From the human T2T-CHM13v2.0 reference genome, Homo sapiens: a stretch of 64,000 bases of DNA. The position numbers were made by a program, and so were the translations under genes. Positions within the stretch are counted from its first letter, which is position 1; each line of letters begins with the position of its first letter. This document shows, in pieces, positions 55,789-64,000 of this stretch. Where the stretch lies: assembly GCF_009914755.1 (NCBI RefSeq), contig NC_060930.1; one strand, given 5' to 3'. A model generated the notes under the pieces. That model searched no databases, was not told the DNA's origin, and saw only the letters and a program-made list of their open reading frames with translations.

Positions 55789-56101
55789 GGTCAGGTGCAG
55801 TGGCTCACACCTGTAATCCCAGCACTTTGGGAGGCCAAGGTGGGTGGATCACAAGGTCAAGAGATCGAGACCATCCTGGCCAACATGGTGAAACCCCATC
55901 TCTACTAAAAAATACCGAAAAAAATTAGCTGGGCGTGGTGGCATGTGCCTGCAGCTCCAGCTACTCGGGAAGCTGAGGCAGGCAAATTGCTTGAACCCAG
56001 AGGGTGGAAGTTGCAGTGAGCCGAGATTGTGCCACTGCACTCCAGCATGGTGACAGAGCGAGACTCCGTCTCAAAACAAAACAAAAAAACAAACAAAAAA
56101 C
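55789..56101 (+). mobile_element. AluSc, inserted in a MER5-like fossil
   Basis: 'gatcacaaggtcaagagatcgagaccatcctggcc', 'ccagcatggtgacagag'. Confidence 0.9.
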
Positions 56102-56729
56102 AGGAGTTTTTTGAGATCTTATTATATTATAAATTGGAGAGTTGGATCCTAAATTTGTATTTTAACAACTGCTCAACTAATCTCTAATATAGAGATGAGG
56201 CTACTAAGCTGGATGAATAGAAAGGGTGATAGAGTACTAGCACATTTTTCTTAAATACCATATAGGTATGAGTTGGTAATGATGGGAGATTTCGACTTTC
56301 TAGACATCTGCATTTCATTTAGCCAAAAGCAGAACAGCAGAAAACTTGCCTTACTAAATTTCTAATAAGATTGAGCAAACAAATGGAAAAACCACTATCC
56401 TAGATACATTTTGACCAAGTAGGTTAAAGTAATGTTTAGCCAAGAGGATGAGATAAGAGAATTAGGGAAAAGGTCACTGAGTTCACAAAGTTTAGGAGAG
56501 CAGAGGTGAAAATAGCATGATTCAGAGATAAAATTCAAAGGTTAAAAAAAAAACACAATCCTTAGGCATGAAGAAGGAAGGTTCATTGTGGTCAGGATGT
56601 TTCAGAAATTTCTCAAACATTCAAATCTCACCATGCAGATACAGGTGAGGCCAATGATAAAGAGAAAGAAAACCTCAACAATTGTGAAAACCACCAAACA
56701 AACAAACAAACAAAACTACTTGTGTTCTT

Positions 56730-56896
56730 CTGCTATAGTTTCAACCTTGGTTGTCCACTGGGGTCTTAAAAAAACACAAATGCTTCTATTATTTCTCAAA
56801 GTTTTATCCAATTTGTCTAGGGTGGGAAGCCAGCATGAGAAATTTTAAAAATCTCCCCAGGTGATTCCAATATTCACCCTTACCTGCAAATGACTG
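56730..56896. mobile_element. MER5-like hAT fossil
   Basis: 'tctagggtggg...ttttaaaaatctccccaggtgattc'. Confidence 0.6.
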
Positions 56897-57089
56897 CTCT
56901 AGAAACCCAGGTTTTAAAGGACAGAATAAGAAGAAGGACACAAAAAAATGTATAAGAAAGTAACACAGACAGAATTTTGACAAAATGACCCACAGCTGGC
57001 AAAGAAACAAAAAGGCAAAAATAAAACCAAAATACCTTTCAGCTATATTTGGGACTAGTTTGAGATCGAGGACAGGATAGGTCTGTTGT

Positions 57090-58205
57090 TTGGGAAGACG
57101 TCAAGAGACCTTAGAAGGCTGGAAATTAGCCACTATCTTTCCAATTTTCTAAAATGGATAGAAAATGGATTCTGTAAACTATGGATGATTGAGCTTGATA
57201 TGGATCTCTGACAAGATTCCAGAATCATTACCAATGCAATGCTATAATGGGCACCCAAATGACAAAAAAGTGATTATAGGACCCAGCATGGGTTCACAAG
57301 AACAAGTCCTGTTAGCCCAGCCCATTTCCATTCCTCAGTAGGGAGCTGGCCGATGAAGACAATGGACACACATTTCCTTTCAGGCATTTGGACTTCAGCA
57401 AAACAAGTGGCCATATCTTTAATGATACACTTGTGGGTAAGACAGAGAATCTTTGAACATTTTAGTGGGTTTCTAACTGTTCTGAAGTTTTATCCAAAGA
57501 ACACCCATTAATGGACCAATATCAAACCTGGTGAGGGGTTCCTAGTGTCCCAGTGTTCTGCCAGAGAAATAGTTCACTGCCCTGTGTGTGAACTCAATAT
57601 TTTTGCCAATGACTTGCAAAGAGCATGCTCACTACTTCTACAAGAGATAGGTGTGATAACACAAGGATGATGTGGAAGATTCAGAGCCTAAAAATATTTT
57701 TGATGAGCTGGAATTCTGCATTCATTTCTGATTTCCATATTTAAAGAGTCAAGTATTCAATCTGAAATATATCTCAGGAAGAAACACTAGCAGGGCATGG
57801 GAACATAAAACCAAGCTACATGAAAAGCAAATGAAGCAACTGTCTTGCTTGCTGATGGAAGACAAAAAGGAATAAGATGCCTATCTTCAATAACTCAAAG
57901 TCTGTTTTGTGGAAAAGGGATTAAAGTCATCTTGTGTGTTCCAGAGTGATTAAGCAAGTACTGAGAAGCTTGTAGGGAGGGGGTGTATATGCTGAAAGAC
58001 TTCCCTATATAGAACCAAGTATTAACAATGAGTTGTCTGAACATTGAACCAGCCTTCTCAGGAAGCTGAGTTCTTCGACACTGGATGTATTGGGGCAGAA
58101 GCTGAGTGCTCACTATAAGGGATCTTGTGTAGAAAAATCAGGCAACAAATAAAACTGGATGACTTTGAGGGACATTTAGATCCTCATATGTTATGACTCT
58201 GAGAA
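57090..58205 (+). mobile_element. L3/CR1 LINE remnants (reverse transcriptase region and 3' end)
   Basis: 'cagcatgggttcacaagaacaagtcctg' (QHGFT..KS), 'ttggacttcagcaaa' (LDFSK); CR1-type 3' end ending 'tatgactctg'. Confidence 0.75.
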
Positions 58206-58261
58206 TATAAAGTATACTCATAGAACACATTAGGCACATTGCTACCCAAGGAGGAGGCCAA

Positions 58262-58555
58262 GAGGTGTTTGTAGAACAACGAGGGTGGGTGGCAGGTAGG
58301 AAATCAGGGCAGAGACGGTTAGCCATCCCCTTGGATGGAAGATTGATCACAGATTGGTGCTTCTCTCTGCACAGCAATCCAAAATGGGACAGTCCATTTG
58401 TCTACCAGGAGGTGTTTCTAGAACAACGAGGGTGGGTGGCAGGTAGGAAATCAGGGCAGAGACGGTTAGCCATCCCCTTGGATGGAAGATTGATCACAGA
58501 TTGGTGCTTCTCTCTGCACAGCAATCCAAAATGGGACAGTCCATTTGTCTACCAG
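58262..58555 (+). repeat. 147-bp tandem duplication (2 copies)
   Basis: 58262-58408 vs 58409-58555; single mismatch (58271 G / 58418 C). Confidence 0.98.
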
Positions 58556-59254
58556 GTGGCTTTGGAGTAGGGGCTACCCCTTTCCCAATTCTGCCTGGCC
58601 AGCGTGGCCCAGACTAAATACTGAGTTCTAGTAGACCTTTACAAAAGAATTGGAATCAGTATCCCAGAGTTGGGGGGCTGGATGGGGCTGGGGACCTGTG
58701 CCTTGGATTAGCTACTTTCTCTCCTTATGCCACATGGTGGGACTCACCCTCTCAGCCTTCCCAGGGAGGCCACGTGAACACATCCTCCCCCTCAGCATCT
58801 CCTATCTCCTGCAATCTTCCTCAAGACCCTCTCACAGTGTGCTTTTGAAGCCCCCTCCGCAGACTCCCTGCACCCTTAGGTGAATAGAGCCCCAGAACTG
58901 TCTTCTTCTGGGTTGAACATTCTGCTGCCTTAGGCTTCAGGTGGATACCAGCAGAATCTTCCATTGAGAGTTCAGGTGTCTGCTGGCTCCATGGTGGGAA
59001 GAGGGCAAAAGGAAGTAGAAGTGGAAGCTCTTATGGAGGCTCATGGCAGGGGAGGAAGAGGTGGCTTTGCTTACAGGTTGATTTCTCTCCACCAACTAGG
59101 CTCTTGCCATTTTTCCCGAAAAGTCTCTGAAGATAACACAATTTGCACTGCAAGAATCAAATTCTCTCCTCTAGACCACGTTTGAATCTTATCATTCATT
59201 TGTCTCTCTCCTGGCAGGGTCTTTAAGAACTACTAACTTTAAGAACTGTTCTAC

Positions 59255-59795
59255 TATATTAACCGTGTCTTTTAGTTTCTGTTTTCTGATGCTTTGACAT
59301 CTGGGGTCTTGCTACCCTGAAGGGACTGTTACTTCCAGGGCTAGCCAATTCCTAGAAATAGAGAACAACTCATCATTCAATGTGTCTTTCAAATACAAAC
59401 CAACTAAACCAGAGCCTACACCCCAACCATCTCCTTTATTGGGTTTTCACACTCTAGGCCACCATCTACCCGTCCTAATGACCCCAGGGCCAAGTACCAG
59501 ACAACTAGGGACAGCCCCCATGCTACAGAGCCCGCTGGAATTATTCACACTGGCCAATCCTAAGCCTGCTTGCCCCGCCTCACCTGTCCCTCCTGGGAAA
59601 ACCACGGTCAAGGCTCTTGCCCACCGCTGTTGTCTTCTGTTCTCTCAGGCTCCTAGGTGCCCCAGTGCTCCTAAGTGACCCGCCTGGCCCTGTATGGCCC
59701 GCCTCCTGCTTCTAAGGAATTGTGGGTATAACTTCTTCCTTCAGGACATTCCTTTCTGTGTCTGTGTGTCCTACCATACCGGATTAAAAACAACC
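59255..59795 (+). mobile_element. MER74A-like ERV-L LTR
   Basis: 'gatgctttgacatctgggg...gggctagccaattcctaga...ccagacaactagggacagccc'. Confidence 0.88.
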
Positions 59796-59800
59796 AACTC

Positions 59801-60114
59801 AGCCGGGAGCAGTGGCTCATGCCTGTAATCCCAGCACTTTGGGAGGCTGAGGCGGGTAGATCACCTGAGGTCGGGAGTTCCAGAACAGCCTGACCAACAT
59901 GGAGAAACCCAGTCTCTACTAAAAATACAAAATTAGCTGGGCGTGGTGGCGCATGCCTGTAATCCCAGCTACTCAGGAGGCTGAGGCAGGAGAATCACTT
60001 GAACCCAGGAGGCAGAGGTTGTGGTGAGCCGAGATCACACCACTGCACTCCAGCCTGGGCAACAAGAGCGAAAACTCCATCGCAAAAAAAGACAAAAACA
60101 AAAACAAAACAAAA
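59801..60114 (+). mobile_element. AluSp
   Basis: 'gaggtcgggagtt...cctgaccaacatggagaaaccc', 'gcaacaagagcgaaa'; TSD aca(a)ccaactc. Confidence 0.93.
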
Positions 60115-60124
60115 CACCAACTCA

Positions 60125-60760
60125 CTGATTCCACGTTGCCCTCCTCTTGTCTTATTTTCCACTCAGCAGCCAGAGGGCATTTCCTAAAACATGTATCAGA
60201 GCTCGTCATCCCCAGCACCCTTCAGTCACGCTCAGAATAACATCCAGATTGTCCCCGATGCCCACTGACCCGACATACTCTGAGTGCTGCCTGCTGCTCC
60301 ACTTCCTCGGGCTAAACCAACCACCTAGTAGCCTCTGCCCACTCACTCTGCTCCAGCCACGCAGGCCCTCCTGCTTTTCCTCCAGCAAGCCAAGTTCCCT
60401 CACCCCACAAGGCCTTTGGACCAGCTATTCCTGCTTATCCAGTCATCATGTGACCTGCTTCTTCGCCCTCTACATGCCTCTGTCCAGGTTTCGGACCCTA
60501 CCACCAGCACCACATCCAATCCATCTCCCACTTCCATTTTTCTCTACCCCTTTTTTCTCCTTTCTTTTTCTTCCCTGGTTCATGACCTGAAATCATTTCA
60601 TATATTCATCTGTTGCTTGTTTATGGCCTCCCTCTCTAGAATGTGACCTTGATGAAGGCCAGCATTTTCTCTGGCTTGTTCATTATCGCAACCCACAGTG
60701 CCTAAAACCATGCCTGGCACAAAGTCGGTGTTTAACAAATATTCTGTTGATAAACAAATG
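60125..60760 (+). mobile_element. L2a 3' region
   Basis: 'cagcagccagag...cactctgctccagccac...ctagaatgt...gtgcctaaaaccatgcctggcaca...caaatattctgttga'. Confidence 0.85.
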
Positions 60761-60845
60761 GTACAAGCTTGGGCCCCGTTGCAAGGCCTTTGAGGTGGAG
60801 TGCAGAGGTAATTCCACCTACCTGCCTCACCCCAGCCCACCCCTT

Positions 60846-61078
60846 CTGGATGTATTGGGGCAGAGGCTGGGTGCTCACTATAAGGGGTCTTGTGTGGAAT
60901 AATCAGGCATCAAATAAAACTGGATGACTCTGAGGGACATCTAGATTCTCCTATGTTATGACTCTGGGAATATAAAGTATACTTGTAGAACACATTAGGC
61001 ATATTTCTGTCCATGGAGGCGACCCAGAGGTGTTTCTAGAACAATGAGGGTGGGTGGCAGGTAGGAAATCAGGGCAGA
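60846..61078 (+). repeat. 233-bp direct duplicate of 58081-58313
   Basis: Ungapped alignment with ~23 mismatches (counted by eye). Confidence 0.95.
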
Positions 61079-61904
61079 AGAGATGGTGAACATGGATGAA
61101 ATCGATTTGCTGTATGTGGCTCTATCTAAGTCAGGACAGTGGCCCTTGCTTTCCCTGGGGCCTCTGGATGTCATGGGCAGAAATCCTTGGCTAGTCTGAC
61201 TGAGATCCAGCTACCTGTTCTTGTTAAATGAGAGTGTTCTCCAGGTATCTTGGTAATGAGATGGGGGCGGGGTGGGGAGGTTGGGGGGTGGTGGGGGGCA
61301 GTTTCCTTCAGAGTGGAGTTAACTCTTGATTGCTCACCGGCTGTTTGTCCCAGGAGGGGAACCTCCAGGCTGCCTCCTGCTCATTGGAGAAACCCCAGGA
61401 CACAATACAGCAGGTGAGGGGAGGACCCTACCCAGCCAGCCACTAAAACACCCATCTGTAGCTCTAGGTTAGAAAAAAAACTGTGAAGCCTAGATGAGGA
61501 ATGATAGTGAAGCCCCTAGCCAAATAAGGCCTGGGAATTATTGGTAGATTTAATTTATCCAGATTATCCCCTCAAGTCCCACTACTACCACAAGAAATGG
61601 ACATACCTGCATATTTATTAAATGCTGCTGAACTCAATGCTCCTTGCTAAACATCAATCACTCTTTCACCTGCTCAAATGTTTTTATCAAATGAGTGGAG
61701 CATCGCATTTTATCGAATGGCCAGGCTATGATGGCCAACTCTGAGCCCTAGGCAGGGAAGAGTTATACTGAGGAATATTCAAATTGAGATGGTATTTTAA
61801 ACCTAGGGTACTTTCTAAAGTGTAAAAATAAATAGTCACTTGTGCATGCTAATTATAGCTACCATTTACGTAGAAAGGAAAAACCAGCAACTGAGAGCAA
61901 TAAT

Positions 61905-62160
61905 TACAGATGATAGTGATCATGATGATGACAAACACTCATCTGACACTTACTATGTGCCTGGCATGGTTCTAAGCACTTTATTTATAATAATTGAGCC
62001 TCACACCAGCCTTGTGAAGTAGGTACTTTACCTCCATTTCATAGGTGAGGACATTGAGGCTGACAGTTGGTGGGTGACTTGTCTGGGGTCACACAGCTAA
62101 TAAGTGGTAGACCAGATGGCCCCTCTCCAAGACTGTTCTCTATACTGCTGCAGCATACTG
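61905..62160 (-). mobile_element. MIR
   Basis: 'tactatgtgcctggcatggttctaagcact...gtgacttgtctggggtcacacagctaataagtgg'. Confidence 0.85.
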
Positions 62161-62532
62161 CCTGGCCTGAGTTTCCTGGATATGCCTCTTAGCCCCTGGA
62201 AGGAAATTAGCAGACTCAGCTCAACTACACATTAAGGGAGAAATGGAGCCTCTCAGAGGCAGGTTCATTTGTTCATGCTTTCACTCATTTCAACTCTTAT
62301 TTCTTGAGTGTACTCATGCAGGCATTAGGAGGTGGACCTTTAGTGGCCCCAAGGGGTTGATTTCTTAGACCTTTGTTCTTGTTTGCAGTCTCACATTGTC
62401 TCTTTTTTTATACCTCCACAGAGGAAAAGAGGACCATCTGTCAGAAAAGAGGACATTGGAGGGAGGAGCAATGCATTTCCTCATCCTTTCAGCATCTGCC
62501 CCAGGCTGCAAGTCTGCCCTGTGATATAACCC

Positions 62533-62765
62533 CAGGGGTGTGCTGAGCCCTGCTTGCAGAGGCTTTCGGGCTAGTTGTGTGCCTCTCTTCCCAAATCCAT
62601 GACATCACACACTGGTACCTTGAAATTAGCCATGGAAGGACCACGTACACCATGAACTCAACAAATGCTACAAATCAAGGTGTGCATGTGTGCATGAGTG
62701 TGTGTATGTGTGTGTGTGGTTTGTCAGAGAGCCAGCTTATCAGCCCGTTACTGCACACACCACAG
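62533..62765 (+). mobile_element. MER63A-like hAT element
   Basis: 'ggtgtgctg...ctcttcccaa...cttgaaattagccatgg...aaatgctacaaatca...gcacacacca'. Confidence 0.75.
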
Positions 62766-63094
62766 GATGTCTCCCCAAGAGACAGAATGACAAACCTCAT
62801 GCCATTCTTCTTTCTCCAGAAACTGCATTTAGGATAATGAAGAGTACACACTTGTCTTCCCTCATGATTCCCTCTAGAGCCATTATCATCTGTCAAGCAG
62901 AACTTTCATTATGAACTTTTCACTCCAAAAAGGCACTAAACCACCAAAGTCAACAGACTCACGACTTCCCTCGTCACAAGCACAGACCCAGCATTTCAGA
63001 TCTGCTGATTCCCTTTCCAAAATTCCCAGCTCACACTTTTGGCTTTTTCATTTACCTCAGCCCTGTTGAATCCCCTACTCCTGGCATAAATTAT

Positions 63095-63915
63095 AGTTAG
63101 ACCTGCATTTGAATCCCAGCTCTATCACTGTGGATTGTCCTTAAGCCTCAGTTGCATCATCCCTAAAATGGGGATTCCAGTAGGACCTAGCCTCAAAAGA
63201 TTGGTTTGAGGATTAAGCTTCTGAAAGTATATAAAGCACATAGCAGAAACCTGGCATGAAAGAGAGGTTGTCACTATAACACACTCTACAAGCAACCAAA
63301 CCCTACACACTTATAACATTTCCCTGCTGCCTGCTGCCTGCTCCTGTCCAGACATGATATAAACAGGGTGAATGCACCATCCTCTTCCCTAATTTCTGGG
63401 TATTGCTTATATTGGTCTCTTATTCTGGAAGGCCTTTTCCTACCTATTGAAGTCCTATCCATCCTTCAAAACCCTACTTGAATTCCACCTTGTATATAAA
63501 TTCTTTGCTGATCCTCCCAATTGCAATTAAACCCTGGATTCTTTGCTCTTCTGGAGGCCACTGAGTTCCCCAAATGGCAACATTACCTTTCCCCTCCCTA
63601 TCATCCTCACTTTGCCTGAAAAGTTGATAGAACTCCATTTCTTTGGGCTAAGGTATATAAAAGTGTTGAAATGGTAAAAGTGACCTGGGAAGGATACACA
63701 TTTTTCTACGTGGATGCATTTTTGGGTATCCCTAACACTGACATTTCCCAGCATCATGAGACCACAGAGCTGGAAGGGTTCCTAGAGATCATGTACTCAC
63801 CCGCACATTTCACAGATGAAGAAAGGAGACCCAGGGAGCAATTCAGCCAATGTCACTCAGCCAGGCTCAGAACTGGGCTGCAGTGACCACCAGCCTAGTG
63901 TTCTGTGCACCCCGC
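63095..63915. mobile_element. MIR (+, ~63095-63260), L2 (+, ~63330-63520) and MIR (-, ~63760-63915) fragments
   Basis: 'ttgaatcccagctct...gcctcagttgcatcatccctaaaatggg'; 'cctatccatccttcaa'; 'catttcacagatgaagaaa'. Confidence 0.65.
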
Positions 63916-64000
63916 CAGGCTCCTAGGGGAACAGGACAAAGCCTGACAGAAGTAGGTTGAGGGACAATGGTCACAGCATGGAGGGCTTCGCAAGAAGGCT

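Noticed and set aside
58262-58555. Unit length equals the nucleosome core length (147 bp)
   Set aside because: A single event with no visible positioning signal; treated as coincidence.
58265-58570. ORF with a 49-aa internal repeat
   Set aside because: Arises because the 147-bp unit is divisible by 3; GTG start and no coding evidence.

Overview
Primate nuclear DNA, almost certainly human: it carries a near-consensus AluYb8. The window is non-coding (intergenic or deep intronic). No protein-coding exon, structural RNA gene or CRISPR array can be supported, and the ORF track consists of repeat-derived or chance ORFs. Roughly half the window is interspersed repeat: 18 Alu elements or fragments, L1/HAL1/L2/L3 fossils, MIRs, MaLR/ERVL solo LTRs (several with target-site duplications, TSDs), and hAT/Tigger fossils. 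The most structured feature is a decayed two-LTR ERV-L-class (LTR16B/HERV16-like) provirus at ~50.6-54.95 kb. It keeps a tRNA-Leu primer-binding site, a gag remnant, a protease DTG motif and a dUTPase remnant, but has lost most of pol. Structure not explained by repeat families includes two ungapped dispersed direct duplications (183 bp at ~96% identity; 233 bp at ~90%), a near-perfect 147-bp tandem duplication overlapping one of them, a 19-nt + A29 micro-insertion with a TSD, a 224-nt pure-purine tract, and several repeat-free, motif-dense candidate enhancers. I do not see convincing evidence of a new biological system. Repeat family names come from recognising consensus sequences by eye, and boundaries of old repeats are approximate.
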